Shown: positions 28,850-44,060 of the stretch, one piece after another
Layout of the letters: the number at the start of each line of letters is the position of its first letter
Numbering within the stretch: the stretch's first letter is position 1
Source of the DNA: Myxococcales bacterium
Lineage (GTDB): Bacteria > Myxococcota_A > UBA9042
Direction of reading: 5' to 3'
NCBI GenBank assembly: GCA_037441385.1
Contig: JBBISH010000005.1
Location: 32,001-96,000, forward strand
DNA: 64,000 nucleotides
Notes under the pieces: generated by a model
Seen by the model: the letters and a program-made list of their open reading frames with translations, nothing else
Told to the model about the DNA's origin: nothing
The model's database searches: none
Position numbers and translations under genes: made by a program

Positions 28850-30502
28850 TTACTTGCGCGGGCTGCACACGCCGGCGCGCAGCGACTGCACCTCGGCCTT
28901 CAGGCTGTCGATCTGCTGCTGCTGGGTCTGCAGGGTCGCCACCGTCATCGATAAATAACCATACAGATCAACCATGTCGCGCTGGGCGTCCACGGCGGGG
29001 CTCTGCGGATCGTCGTCGATGATGAAGCCGAGCTGGCGCTTGCCCTGCGGCCCGGCGGCCGTGTAGCGGTACGTGGCGAGCTTGGTGGCAAGCAGGCGCT
29101 GCGACAGCTGCTGCTCGGCCTGGCCGTCCAGGTAGTGGATGTCGGTCTTGTACTTGGCGCGCGAAATCGGGCAGCCACCCGCGTTCAGCTTGGGATCCTT
29201 GTCCGTGCACTTGAGCAGCGCGCCGCAGGGGTCTTTGGGATCGCACACCGCGCCGGGGCTGCTGCAGGCGGCGCCGAGCTTCTCGGTCGTGCAGAGCGGG
29301 ACGTCGGCCTTGGGCGACCAGCCCTTGCACACCGGGTCGCCGCACGTGGCAAACCACGAGGTGGCGGCCACGATGCAGTCGCCCTTGTAGTTGACGTTTT
29401 GGCCGGCGCCGGCTGCCTCGCAGTCGTTGCCGTAGGTCTTGCCGTCGCAGCCGCACACCGGCATGTAAAAGGCTGGGCAGACTTCGCTTTTGGCGGCACA
29501 GGTGCCTTGGCCGCCGCAGACGCCCATGCCGGTGGACTTGCAGTACTGGCCGGCCGCGCAGCCCTTCTGGCTGGCCACGTCGCAGCCGCCGGTCGAGCTG
29601 CATTCGCCTGCGCTGGCTACGACTTGCCCGTCGCCGGCCGCGGAGCATGCGTTCCCATAGGTCTTGCCGTTGCAGCCGCACACGGGGGCGTACTCCATGG
29701 TGCACGCCTCTGGCTTCTTGGCGCACGTGCCCATGCCGCTGCACTGGCCGGCGGCTGCGGAGCAGAAGTTGCCCGTGCCGCACATCTCGTTGACGCCGAC
29801 CTTGCACTCGCCCGTGGCCTTGCATTCGCCGGTGTACGCCACGCTGGCGCCGGCCGCGGCGGCCATGCAGGTGTTGCTGTAGGTGATGCCGTTGCAGCCG
29901 CATACCGGCATCAATTCCTTTGTGCAGCCACTGGGTTTGGTGCTACAGGCGCCCGTGGTCGAGCACTGGCCCTGGGTCTTGGCGCAGTACTGATCACTTG
30001 CGCAGTCGTTGCTGCTGCTGCAGCCACCGGGGCTGGCATCGGTGCTGCCGGCGTCGTCGCAATAGCCGGGCGGCAACATGCAAGCGTCGGTGGCGTAGCA
30101 GGCCCAGCTGCCGCCGCTGCAGGTGCAGACCGTAGAGGGATAGCACTTGCCGCAGCAGCACTCTTGGCCCCACTCGCACTTCAGGCCGGCGTCGGTGCAC
30201 TTGCCGCCGATCGGCGGATCTTTGGGGCAGTTGCTGGGGGACGTGTCAGCCACGGCGCCATCCACCGCCGCGGCCGAGTCGGCCACATCGGCCGGGCTGG
30301 CATCGGCGCTGCTCGTGTCCGCTTTGGCCGTGTCGGTTGCACTCGCGTCGCCCTGGGCGGCATCGCTCAAACTGCCGGTATCGGTTGCCGTATCCGGGGT
30401 AGCGGCGGGCGCGCCGCCGGGGCTGTTCTCGCAACCGGCCGCCGCCGCCAGGGCCAGCGCGGCGAGCCAAAGGTCCCATCCAAATCGTTTGCTGGTGCGC
30501 AT
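28850..30502 (-). CDS. Cys-rich lipoprotein with three Kazal domains and a C-terminal peptidase S74 (intramolecular chaperone) domain
   Basis: Lipobox AAAG|C; three C-x6-VCGC-x-G-x-TY-x-N-x-C units; tail SRAKYKTDI..ATYRY..LGFII..VDLYGYLSMTVATLQ followed by a coiled coil. Confidence 0.85.
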   Translation of the reverse strand: MRTSKRFGWDLWLAALALAAAAGCENSPGGAPAATPDTATDTGSLSDAAQGDASATDTAKADTSSADASPADVADSAAAVDGAVADTSPSNCPKDPPIGGKCTDAGLKCEWGQECCCGKCYPSTVCTCSGGSWACYATDACMLPPGYCDDAGSTDASPGGCSSSNDCASDQYCAKTQGQCSTTGACSTKPSGCTKELMPVCGCNGITYSNTCMAAAAGASVAYTGECKATGECKVGVNEMCGTGNFCSAAAGQCSGMGTCAKKPEACTMEYAPVCGCNGKTYGNACSAAGDGQVVASAGECSSTGGCDVASQKGCAAGQYCKSTGMGVCGGQGTCAAKSEVCPAFYMPVCGCDGKTYGNDCEAAGAGQNVNYKGDCIVAATSWFATCGDPVCKGWSPKADVPLCTTEKLGAACSSPGAVCDPKDPCGALLKCTDKDPKLNAGGCPISRAKYKTDIHYLDGQAEQQLSQRLLATKLATYRYTAAGPQGKRQLGFIIDDDPQSPAVDAQRDMVDLYGYLSMTVATLQTQQQQIDSLKAEVQSLRAGVCSPRK

Positions 30503-30549
30503 CTTCGCCTCCGCCGCGGCCCAACCAGGGTCGGCACGCCCACTAGCAT

Positions 30550-30565
30550 AGCACAAATCGTGCCG
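30550..30565 (-). promoter_or_regulatory. Putative sigma54 promoter of the Kazal-S74 gene
   Basis: Minus strand reads CGGCACG-ATTT-GTGCT with GG-N10-GC spacing, about 48 nt upstream of the ATG. Confidence 0.6.
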
Positions 30566-30626
30566 GGCGCACGCCGCCGCAACCAGCTGAAAAGCAGAGT
30601 CATCCGCGAATTTCGCGGTGACGTTT

Positions 30627-30664
30627 GTGTGGAAAATATCTACACGTGTCGAAAATTACCACAC
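30627..30664. promoter_or_regulatory. Tandem 19-bp imperfect palindromes (candidate enhancer-binding-protein sites)
   Basis: GTGTGGAAAATATCTACAC followed by GTGTCGAAAATTACCACAC, each TGT-N11-ACA. Confidence 0.55.
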
Positions 30665-30777
30665 TGGCGCCGGCCGGGGCGCCGCAACGGCTTGGTCACG
30701 CGGCCCCTTTGCCCAGGCGCGCCGCTGTGCTACCAAGGCGCACGCATGCCACCCTGGTGGCGCCGAGGTTCCTGCCC

Positions 30778-32484
<1,707 letters not shown>

Positions 32485-32487
32485 ACG

Positions 32488-33783
32488 ATGGCCGAGCCCC
32501 GCCTGACCGGTCCGCTGTCGCGGCGCCGAGTGCGTTTGACGAATGCCGGGCATTTTCTGACTTGTGCTGGGCCGGAGCGCGGTCCGCTTGCCAGCTGGGA
32601 GCAACTGGGTTGCCACACGCACACGGACCTGGTGATTCGGCACGAGCTGCGTGGCGGCTGGCAGGTGGAGTGGATCGGGCCGGCCGGCAGCGCCCAGCGG
32701 CCTGATACCGACGCAACCATCGATTTGGGCGGGCGTTTGCTGCTCCCGGGCCTGGTGGACTGCCACACGCATGCGGTGTTCGCCGGGGATCGCAGCGGCG
32801 AATTCGTCCAGCGGCTCAACGGCCTGACCTATGCGGAAATCGCGGCGGCGGGTGGCGGAATTCTGCACACCGTGACCAAGACGCGGGCGGCGAGCGTGCC
32901 CGAGTTGGTCGAGGCGTCGGCGCCGCGCCTGCAGCAGATGGCCAAATGGGGCGTGCGGATCGTGGAGTGCAAGACCGGCTACGGCTTGGATTTGGCGAGC
33001 GAGGTCAAGATCTTGCAAGCCATTGCCGCGCTGCGTGAGCGGTTCGCGGGCTCGATGCGGCTGGTGAGCACGGCGATGCCGGCGCACGCGATTCCGCCCG
33101 AATTCAAAGGGAACCCCGATGGGTACGTGGCGGTGGTGTGCGAGCAGATTTTGCCAGCCCTGCGCGCCGCGGACCCCGAGTTGGCGTTCGTGGATGTCTT
33201 TGTGGAGAAGGGCTACTTCAACGTGCAACAGGCTGAGCGCATTGCTGAAACGGCCGCGAGCCTGGGGTTGCCGGTCAAGGCCCATGTCGACGAGTTTGCC
33301 GACCTGGGCGGGGTCCCGTGGGCGGTGGAGCAGGGCGCCGCCTCCGTGGAGCACCTGTTGCAGACGGGCGAGAAGTCCGTGCGGGCGCTGGCGAAGTCGG
33401 GGACGGTGGCGGTTGGGTTGCCGCTGACCTCGGTGTTTCTCCGCGAGCCGTATGCGCCCCTGCGGCAGCTGGTCGACGCCGGCGCGCTGGTCGCCGTCGC
33501 GACGGACTGCAATCCTGGGTCCGCGATGACGACGAACCTGGTGCTGGCCATGCAGATGGCGGTTCTTGGGGCAAAGCTCAGCCCGCAAGAGGCGTTGCGA
33601 GGGGCGACGCGCTGCGCCGCGCTGGCCCTGCGCGAGCCTGGTGGTTACCGCGGGCGCCTGGCCGTGGGCGAGCCGTTCGTGGCGACGCTACTGGACCTAG
33701 ACGGGGTGGAACGGCTGTTCTACGAGCTTGGGCAGCCGCCCCGCGCGAGTGACCTCTTGACCGAGGCCGGCGTGCATGGGTAG
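32488..33783 (+). CDS. hutI: Imidazolonepropionase
   Basis: PGLVDCHTH, YAEIAAAGGGI, ECKTGYGL, SVEHL and ATDCNPGS motifs. Confidence 0.95.
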   Translation: MAEPRLTGPLSRRRVRLTNAGHFLTCAGPERGPLASWEQLGCHTHTDLVIRHELRGGWQVEWIGPAGSAQRPDTDATIDLGGRLLLPGLVDCHTHAVFAGDRSGEFVQRLNGLTYAEIAAAGGGILHTVTKTRAASVPELVEASAPRLQQMAKWGVRIVECKTGYGLDLASEVKILQAIAALRERFAGSMRLVSTAMPAHAIPPEFKGNPDGYVAVVCEQILPALRAADPELAFVDVFVEKGYFNVQQAERIAETAASLGLPVKAHVDEFADLGGVPWAVEQGAASVEHLLQTGEKSVRALAKSGTVAVGLPLTSVFLREPYAPLRQLVDAGALVAVATDCNPGSAMTTNLVLAMQMAVLGAKLSPQEALRGATRCAALALREPGGYRGRLAVGEPFVATLLDLDGVERLFYELGQPPRASDLLTEAGVHG

Positions 33784-33989
33784 CGCCGTCGCGCGGACGC
33801 GCGCGATCACGACAAGGGTCGCTCAAAAGAAAGGGCGGGCATTTCTACCGGGCGTTTCTACTGCTTGAATTGATTGGGGAGTGGTGGGGCGCTCCGCAGT
33901 CATACGGAATCCGTCTAGTTCGGCTCGAAAACTCCGGCAATTCGTCGCAGGTAGAAATTGCCCCCCAGTGTGGGGCGCGGGTCGGAGAG

Positions 33990-35507
33990 CTACTTCATGG
34001 TCGGCATCACGAACTCGGCGCCTGCGCGAATTCCGGTCGGCCAGCGCTCGGTGGTGGTCTTGAGGCGGGTGTAGAAGCCGATGCCCTCGGTACCGTAGAC
34101 GTTGCGATCGCCAAAGATGGAGCGCTTCCAGCCGCCAAAGCTGTGGAAGGCCATCGGCACCGGGATGGGCACATTCACGCCGACCATGCCAGCCTGGACG
34201 CGGTTCACGAACGTCCGCGCGCAGTCGCCGTCGCGGGTGAAGATCGCGGTGCCGTTGCCGTACTCGTGGTCGTTCACCAGCTTGAGCGCGGTCTCGAAGT
34301 CGGGCACGCGGACCACGCAGAGCACGGGGCCAAAGATTTCTTCTTTGTAGATCCGCATCTCGGGCCTGACGTGGTCGAACAAGCAGCCGCCCAGGAAGAA
34401 GCCGTGCTCGGCCCCTTCTACCACGAGTTGCCGGCCGTCGACCGCCAGGACCGCGCCCTCGTCCACGCCCAGGTCCACGTACCCCCGCACCTTCGCGAAA
34501 TGCTCTTTGGTGACCAGCGGCCCCATCTCGCTCGCCGGGTCCAGGCCTGGGCCGACCCGCAGGCTCTGCGTCCGCGGAATCAGCCGGGCCACCAGCTCGT
34601 CCGCGATATCACCCACCGCCACCGCCACAGAAATGGCCATGCACCTTTCGCCCGCCGAGCCGTACGCCGCGCCGATGAGGGCGTCGACCGCCAGGTTCAG
34701 GTCCGCGTCGGGCATCACCACCATGTGGTTCTTTGCCCCGCACAGCGCCTGGGCGCGCTTCCCGTGCGCGCATGCGGTCTTGTAGATGTACTCGCCCACC
34801 GCCGTCGAGCCCACAAAGCTCACCGCGGCGATCCCCGGCTCCGTCAGCAGTGTGTCCACGGCCTCGCGGTCGCCGTTCACCACGTTCAGCACCCCCGGCG
34901 GCAGCCCGGCCTCGGTCATCAACTCGGCCAGGCGCATCGAGGTGCTCGGGTCCTTCTCGGACGGCTTGAGCACGAAGGTGTTCCCGCAGGCGATCGCCAC
35001 CGGGAACATCCACATCGGCACCATCGCCGGGAAATTGAACGGCGTGATGCCCGCACAAACGCCCAGGGGCTGGCGCAGGCTGTACGAGTCGATGTTGCGG
35101 CCCACGTTCTCGGTCACCTCGCCGCGCAGCAAGTGCGGGATACCGCACACGAACTCCACCACCTCGATGCCGCGCGTCACCGAGCCCTTCGCATCCTCGA
35201 AGGTCTTGCCGTGCTCGCGGGTCACCAGTTCGGCCAGTTCGTCCTTGTGCCTCTCCAGCAACTCCTTGAACTTGAACAGCACCCGCGCCCGCACCAACGG
35301 CGGCGTCTCGGACCACGGGCCAAACGCGGCCTGGGCATTCGCGATGGCGGCGCGCACCTCGTCGGCACTCGCCAACGCGACCTCGGCCGACTGCTGACCG
35401 GTCGCGGGATTGAAGACGGCGCCAGAGCGGCCCGACTGGCCGGCGACTTTCTTGCCGGCGATGAAGTGCCCGATCGATGCGAGGTTGTTGCCTGCTGTGC
35501 TACCCAT
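33990..35507 (-). CDS. mmsA: CoA-acylating methylmalonate-semialdehyde dehydrogenase
   Basis: [37 protein letters not shown] and GVNVPIPVP motifs; AGGAG SD. Confidence 0.95.
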   Translation of the reverse strand: MGSTAGNNLASIGHFIAGKKVAGQSGRSGAVFNPATGQQSAEVALASADEVRAAIANAQAAFGPWSETPPLVRARVLFKFKELLERHKDELAELVTREHGKTFEDAKGSVTRGIEVVEFVCGIPHLLRGEVTENVGRNIDSYSLRQPLGVCAGITPFNFPAMVPMWMFPVAIACGNTFVLKPSEKDPSTSMRLAELMTEAGLPPGVLNVVNGDREAVDTLLTEPGIAAVSFVGSTAVGEYIYKTACAHGKRAQALCGAKNHMVVMPDADLNLAVDALIGAAYGSAGERCMAISVAVAVGDIADELVARLIPRTQSLRVGPGLDPASEMGPLVTKEHFAKVRGYVDLGVDEGAVLAVDGRQLVVEGAEHGFFLGGCLFDHVRPEMRIYKEEIFGPVLCVVRVPDFETALKLVNDHEYGNGTAIFTRDGDCARTFVNRVQAGMVGVNVPIPVPMAFHSFGGWKRSIFGDRNVYGTEGIGFYTRLKTTTERWPTGIRAGAEFVMPTMK

Positions 35508-35654
35508 TTTCGCTCCTGACAGCGCGTCGGCTGCGGCGCGCACGGTACCGCCGGGCGCCGCGGAGATCAAATCGCCGGGGCTTCTTGGTCCGCTGCTGGA
35601 TAGGGCCACGAACTAGAAAAGCAATTGCCGGCCCGGACCGCGCCAACCGCATCC

Positions 35655-35684
35655 TTGCACTTGGCCGGATGGCGTCCCTATACT
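35655..35684 (+). promoter_or_regulatory. Putative sigma70 promoter of the lamin-tail lipoprotein gene
   Basis: TTGCAC-N18-TATACT. Confidence 0.5.
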
Positions 35685-35789
35685 TGCTAGTTTGGCACGG
35701 CTGGTCCGCGACGCGTCGGCAACCCGCGTACACGTGGACGAGTCCGGCTTCTGGACCACAGCCCCGGGGCACGGGGCAAGGAAGACGAG

Positions 35790-38700
35790 ATGCGCAAAGC
35801 GCTTCTGCCCGCACCATTCCCCACCGCGCGCACCGCCGCGCCGTTGGCGATTGCCTGCATCGCCGCATGGGCACTGCTCGCCACCGGCTGCGACAGCGGC
35901 ACCGCCGCGGCCACCGACACGGCCGGCTACACCTACCCGGGCTTCGACGTCACCATCGGCCCCAACGACACCCAGGGCGGCAGCGACGCCGGCAAAGACG
36001 CCGCCCCGGACAGCGCCCCAGAGGACACCACCCTCGCCGACGCCGCCGACTCCAGCGCCGAAGATGCCGACACCGCCAGCCCGGACGCCAGCGACGTCAA
36101 GAGTGACACCGGCGACGTCAAGAGCGAAGTGGTCAGCACCGACCCGTGCAACCCCAACCCTTGCTCGGAACCCAACAAAACGCTCTGCACCAAAGTGAGC
36201 AGCAAGGCCCAGTGCAACTGCAACATCGGCTTCGAGTTGCAGAGCGACGGCACCTGCGTCGAAAAGTGCGTCCCACCCAAGACCCCGCCCGCGCCACAAA
36301 AGAGCTTGAAGGCTGGCGACCTCGTCATCACCGAGATCATGGTCTGGCCGCTCGCCGTCAAAGACGACGCCGGCGAGTGGTTCGAAGTCAAGAACAACTC
36401 GACCAAAGACATCGACATGAACGGTCTGACCATGACCGACGACACCGGTACCGACAAGCACGTCATCAACGGCTGTGCGGGCAAGATGACCCTCAAGCCC
36501 GGCGAGTACAAAGTGCTCGGCCGCAACGGCAACAAAGCCACCAACGGCGGCAACGTTTACGACTACGTCTATGCCAGTACCTCGTTCAACAACTTGAAGG
36601 ATACGCTCCTTCTCCGCGCCGACTACGCCGTCCCGTCCGTCATCGACAAGGTTGCCTGGACCCAGTCGTGGCCCCTCATCGACTGGAAGGGCGCCGCGCT
36701 CAACCTGGACGTGACCATGACCACCGCCACTGGCAACGACGACTGGAAGAGCTTCTGTGCCTCGCCCAACAAGCTCCCCAGCGGCGACTACGGCACGCCC
36801 GGCGTCGCCAACCCGGCCTGCCCCGCGCCGCCCGACCTGGACAGCGACGGCGTCCCCGATGCCCTGGACGATTGCCCCGCCAACTTTGACCCGCCCGGCC
36901 CCGACGGCGTCCAGGTCGACAGCGACGGCGACGGCAAGGGCGACGCCTGCGACAACTGCCCCGCCGAACCGAACCCCCAACAAGAAAACGCCGACGGCGA
37001 CAGCAAGGGCGATGCCTGCGACCCCGCGGTCTGCGGCGACGGCGAGCTGGACCTGGGCGAGACCTGCGACGACGGCAACGACTACGTGGGCGACGGCTGC
37101 GACGCTTGCGCCATCGGCGTGCCGCTCGTCGGCAACCTGGTCATCAACGAGATCGTCGCCCACGGCGACAACGTGGAAGACGCTACCGGCCAATGGTTCG
37201 AGCTCTACAATCCCACGGGCGCCCCGGTCCCCATCAAGGGCTGGCAGCTCCAGGTCAAGAACGGCGTGGCGGGCAAGCCCAAGACCCACGTGATCAGCGA
37301 CGCCGTGACGGTTCCCGCCAAAGGCTTTGTCGTCCTTGCCGCAAACAGCAACAAGGCCCTGAACGGCAACATCACAGCGCAGTACGCCTTCAACAAGCCT
37401 GGCGCCGAGTTCATGCTCGATCCCAACGGCGACACGCTCACCGTGGTGGACGTGCCCGGCAAGAAGATCGTGGACAGCGTGGCTTTTGGCCTCAATACCC
37501 CGGCCGTCAAGACCAACGTGGCGCTCCAGCTCGATCCCCTGTACGCCAACACGCTGCAGAATGACACGCTGGTCTACTGGTGCTACTCCACCGCCCCGAT
37601 CACCGGCGTGTCCGGCAACTTTGGTTCGCCCGGCCAAACCAACCCCAGCTGCACGCCACCCGGCGGCGACCAAGACGGCGACACCGTGCTGAACGAGGTG
37701 GACAACTGCCCCTTCGTCGCCAACGGCACCCAGGTCGACACCGACGGCGACAAAGTGGGCGACGCCTGCGACGTGTGCCCCAAAGTCGCCAACCCCAAGC
37801 AATCCGACGGCGACGCCGACGGCGTGGGCGACCTGTGCGACAACTGCCTGGTCACGCCCAACCCCACCCAAATCGACAGCGACAGCGACGGGTTTGGCGA
37901 TGCCTGCGACTCGCCCACCTGCGGCAACGGCACCCTCGAGGCCGCCGAGGCCTGTGACGACAACAATACCGCCGGCGGCGACGGCTGCTCGATCAACTGC
38001 CAGAAGGAAAGCTACAGTGCCGGGCAAGTTCTAATTACTGAAATCATGGCGAATCCCAAGGCGCCGATCGAAGACGCCAACGGCGAGTGGGTCGAGATCT
38101 ACAACCCCGGCGAACTGCCCGTGGACCTGAACGGCTGGGTCCTGCGCGACAACGGCACCAACAAGGTCGTCCTCACCTCGACCAAGCCGCTGTGGGTCGC
38201 CCCGGGCGGCTACTTCGTGATCGGCGCGTCGACCGACAAGGTCCTCAACGGCGGCGTCACCGTGCAAATCGCCTGGGCCCCCGGTCAGTTCTCGCTGGGC
38301 AACATCACGGGCGACGACGCCATCTTGGAGTGGAACGGCACCAAGATCGACGGTGTGACCTACATCCCCAAGCCACCGGCCTGCTACACCCCACCGCCGC
38401 CGTCGACCTGCGCGAGCCAATTCCCCGTGGTGGAAGGCAAGTCGATGCAGCTAGACCCGGGCGCCTACGATGCCGTCAAGAACGACGACGGCAAGAACTG
38501 GTGCGAGGGCAAACAACCCTTTGGCAGCGGCGACTTCGGCTCGCCTGGCCAGGCCAACCCGCCGTGCGTCAACCCCTGCGAGGGCCAGGCCGACAATGTG
38601 CCCTGCGGCACCGACCTCATCTGCGTCGGCGGTCAGTGCAAGCCCGCGCCCAAATGCGGCGACGGCATCATCACCGCCGCCATCGGCGAGGAATGCGACG

Positions 38701-39461
38701 ACGGCAACCAGACCGACGGCGACGGCTGCTCGGCCCAATGCAAGAAGGAAGCGCCGCCGCAACCCAAGGGCACCCTGGTCATCACCGAGGTCATGGTCGA
38801 CCCCGACGCCGTCAGCGACAGCAAGGGCGAGTGGTTCGAGGTCTACAACCCGACCACCGAGGCCATCGACCTTACCGGTTGGAAGCTCATCGCCGACACG
38901 ACCATCCACACCGTCACGGTCGGCGGGCCCAACGTGCCGAACCCACCCGTGGTGGCCGCCAAACAATTCGCGCTTTTGCTCGCGGTTGCGGACCCGGCGG
39001 CCAACAACAACCTAAAGCCCGTGTACGGCTGGGTCGATCAGGCCGCAGTCGGCGGCTCGCTCACGCTCAAGAACGTCCACCTGGACTGGAAGCTCCAGCT
39101 CGTCAACCCCGCTGGGGCGGTCATCGACGAAGTCAACGCGGGCAAGCTGCCTTGGGGCGTGGGCAATTCGGCGATGGTTCAGCCCAACTGCCTGACTCCG
39201 GCTGACAACGACAAGCCCGAGTGCTGGGTTGCCGCGGGCGCGACCTGCGGCTACGGCCTCTACATGGGCGCGTCGACCTACGCCGCCGAACCGCCGGTCT
39301 GCACCGCTCCCACCGACTGTGCCGCCCCGACCGTGTGCCAGCCGATGACAGCCGTCCAAGACGGCAGCAAAATCATGTGGAAGTACGACTTGCAGGCAAC
39401 GCAGAGTCGCTGCGGCGCGCGCGACCGCGGTACCCCGGGTTACGGCAACATGTGCCCGTAG
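35790..39461 (+). CDS. Large lipoprotein with EGF-like, four lamin-tail (LTD), thrombospondin type-3 and DUF4215 Cys-rich repeats
   Basis: Lipobox LATG|C; four (LV/VL)I(T/N)E(I/V)..G(E/Q)W(F/V)E..N modules; DxDGDGxGDACDNC repeats; three CG(D/N)G..E.CDD.N..GDGC units. Confidence 0.88.
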   Translation: MRKALLPAPFPTARTAAPLAIACIAAWALLATGCDSGTAAATDTAGYTYPGFDVTIGPNDTQGGSDAGKDAAPDSAPEDTTLADAADSSAEDADTASPDASDVKSDTGDVKSEVVSTDPCNPNPCSEPNKTLCTKVSSKAQCNCNIGFELQSDGTCVEKCVPPKTPPAPQKSLKAGDLVITEIMVWPLAVKDDAGEWFEVKNNSTKDIDMNGLTMTDDTGTDKHVINGCAGKMTLKPGEYKVLGRNGNKATNGGNVYDYVYASTSFNNLKDTLLLRADYAVPSVIDKVAWTQSWPLIDWKGAALNLDVTMTTATGNDDWKSFCASPNKLPSGDYGTPGVANPACPAPPDLDSDGVPDALDDCPANFDPPGPDGVQVDSDGDGKGDACDNCPAEPNPQQENADGDSKGDACDPAVCGDGELDLGETCDDGNDYVGDGCDACAIGVPLVGNLVINEIVAHGDNVEDATGQWFELYNPTGAPVPIKGWQLQVKNGVAGKPKTHVISDAVTVPAKGFVVLAANSNKALNGNITAQYAFNKPGAEFMLDPNGDTLTVVDVPGKKIVDSVAFGLNTPAVKTNVALQLDPLYANTLQNDTLVYWCYSTAPITGVSGNFGSPGQTNPSCTPPGGDQDGDTVLNEVDNCPFVANGTQVDTDGDKVGDACDVCPKVANPKQSDGDADGVGDLCDNCLVTPNPTQIDSDSDGFGDACDSPTCGNGTLEAAEACDDNNTAGGDGCSINCQKESYSAGQVLITEIMANPKAPIEDANGEWVEIYNPGELPVDLNGWVLRDNGTNKVVLTSTKPLWVAPGGYFVIGASTDKVLNGGVTVQIAWAPGQFSLGNITGDDAILEWNGTKIDGVTYIPKPPACYTPPPPSTCASQFPVVEGKSMQLDPGAYDAVKNDDGKNWCEGKQPFGSGDFGSPGQANPPCVNPCEGQADNVPCGTDLICVGGQCKPAPKCGDGIITAAIGEECDDGNQTDGDGCSAQCKKEAPPQPKGTLVITEVMVDPDAVSDSKGEWFEVYNPTTEAIDLTGWKLIADTTIHTVTVGGPNVPNPPVVAAKQFALLLAVADPAANNNLKPVYGWVDQAAVGGSLTLKNVHLDWKLQLVNPAGAVIDEVNAGKLPWGVGNSAMVQPNCLTPADNDKPECWVAAGATCGYGLYMGASTYAAEPPVCTAPTDCAAPTVCQPMTAVQDGSKIMWKYDLQATQSRCGARDRGTPGYGNMCP

Positions 39462-39528
39462 CCCCCAAGCGGCGCCGACAGCGTCCGTGCTCATCCCCAC
39501 CCATCCCCACCTGCGGCGGAGAGAACCT

Positions 39529-40905
39529 ATGGTAACTCAAGCCAAGACCAAGCTTTTTGGTACCGACGGCGTGCGCGGCGAAGCCAACGCCGGCGCCATG
39601 ACCGTAGAAAATGCCGTGCAAATTGGCCGCGCCATCGGCCTGCTCTGTGCCCGCAGCAGCCGCCACGAGCGCCCGCGCGTCCTCATCGGCAAAGACACCC
39701 GCCGGTCGGGCTACTTGTTCGAAAATGCCCTGGTCGCGGGACTCTGCTCGGTGGGCGCCGACTCGTACCTGGTCGGGCCGCTCCCCACCCCGGGCATCGC
39801 GTTCATGTGCGTGGGGATGCGCGCCGACGCGGGCGTGGTGATCTCGGCGTCCCACAACCCGTTTGGCGACAACGGCATCAAGGTGTTCGGCGCCGACGGC
39901 TTCAAGCTCCCCGACGAGTTGGAGGCGCAGATCGAAGACTGGGTGGCCAACCCGCAGCCGCTGTTGGCCGGGCTCGCGCGCGGGCTCGACATTGGCAGGG
40001 CCCACCGCGTCGACGACGCCTGGGGCCGCTACACCGTCAAACTCAAGACGACCCTGGCCAATGACCTGACCTTGGATGGTCTAAAAATTGCTGTGGATGC
40101 CGGACACGGGGCCGCCTACAAGGTGGCGCCGATGGTCTTTGAAGAGCTGGGCGCCGAGGTCGTGCTCCTCAACGGCCGGCCCGACGGCGTCAACATCAAC
40201 GAGGGCTGCGGCGCGCTCCACCCCGAGGGACTGGCGCGAGCGGTCGTTGAAAATGGTTGTCAATTGGGCGTGGCGTTGGATGGCGACGCCGATCGGCTGG
40301 TCCTGGTGGACGAAAAGGGCCAAGTCGTTGACGGCGACCACACCATGGCGCTCTGCGCCACGCGAATGAAGGCCCAGGGCACGCTGAAAGGCAACACCGT
40401 GGTGGCCACCGTCATGAGCAACTACGGCTTCGAGATTGCCTTGCGGCAAGCGGGGATCGACGTGTTGCGCACGGACGTGGGCGATCGGCTGGTGGTCGAG
40501 GCGATGCGCCGCGGCGGCTACAACTTGGGCGGCGAGCAGTCAGGTCACCTAGTGTTCTTGGACCACGCCACCACCGGCGACGGCGTACTGGCCGCTCTGC
40601 AAGTGCTGGGGATTCTGCAGCGCGAGCAGCGGCCCCTGTCCGAGCTGGCGGCGGTGATGCAGACGGTGCCGCAAGTGCTCATCAACCTGGCCGTGCGCGA
40701 CAAGCCGCCGATCCAAAGCCTGCCCGCCGTGGCCGGCATCATCGACGAAGTGGAGCGCGAGCTGGTGGGGCAAGGCCGGGTGCTGGTTCGCTATTCCGGC
40801 ACCGAGCGCAAGTGCCGGGTGATGGTCGAGGGCCGCGACGCCGACCAAGTGCGCGCCCACGCCTCGCGCATCGCCGACAGCGTGGTGGCCGCCATCGGCG
40901 CGTAA
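39529..40905 (+). CDS. glmM: Phosphoglucosamine mutase
   Basis: FGTDGVRG, ISASHNP, DGDADR, GGEQSGH and RYSGTE motifs. Confidence 0.97.
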   Translation: MVTQAKTKLFGTDGVRGEANAGAMTVENAVQIGRAIGLLCARSSRHERPRVLIGKDTRRSGYLFENALVAGLCSVGADSYLVGPLPTPGIAFMCVGMRADAGVVISASHNPFGDNGIKVFGADGFKLPDELEAQIEDWVANPQPLLAGLARGLDIGRAHRVDDAWGRYTVKLKTTLANDLTLDGLKIAVDAGHGAAYKVAPMVFEELGAEVVLLNGRPDGVNINEGCGALHPEGLARAVVENGCQLGVALDGDADRLVLVDEKGQVVDGDHTMALCATRMKAQGTLKGNTVVATVMSNYGFEIALRQAGIDVLRTDVGDRLVVEAMRRGGYNLGGEQSGHLVFLDHATTGDGVLAALQVLGILQREQRPLSELAAVMQTVPQVLINLAVRDKPPIQSLPAVAGIIDEVERELVGQGRVLVRYSGTERKCRVMVEGRDADQVRAHASRIADSVVAAIGA

Positions 40906-40907
40906 CG

Positions 40908-41266
40908 ATGCCGAAGCTGGTGACCCTGGTCCTGTGCAGCGCGTTGGCCGTGGCGCAGACGGCAGCGGCCGACGACTGGACCGGTGCCGACAAGGCCGCT
41001 CACTTTGGGTTTTCACTCGCCTTTGGCGCTGCCGCGACCGCCAGCGTGCCCGTGGCCGGCGGACCGGCCGGGCCGCAATGGCAGCCGCTGGCGCTTGGCT
41101 TTGGCATCGGCTTGGTCCCCGGCCTGGCCAAAGAAGGCTGGGATCTGACCGGCCGCGGCGACCCATCGTGGAAGGACATGGCCTGGAACACGGTGGGCTC
41201 GTTGGTCGGCGCCGGCATCGTCTGGGCCGCGCAAAGCCTGCTGACTCCGCACGCTGCGACGTCTCG

Positions 41267-41270
<4 letters not shown>
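40908..41270 (+). CDS. YfiM-like small membrane protein
   Basis: Signal peptide, [15 protein letters not shown] and SWKDMAWN motifs. Confidence 0.7.
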
Positions 41271-43852
<2,582 letters not shown>

Positions 43853-44060
43853 CGAATCTCCTTGCGCCAGCTTGGATAGACCTTGACCCCGCGCGCCCCC
43901 AGCGCTCCACTTTGCGCTGCACGCCCACTCGCACCGCCCGACGCAGCGTCTGGCGATTCTTGTGTGTTTGGTTGAGGTTAGGTCGCCGCAACTCGGGCAC
44001 TGGCGACAGAAATCAGGAAAGGACGGCTGGCCGTGCTGTCAAGGCACGCCGCTGGTGCCG

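Noticed and set aside
33837..33963. TTTCTAC/GTAGAAA motifs resembling a Cas12a repeat stem
   Set aside because: No regular repeat-spacer periodicity and no cas genes.
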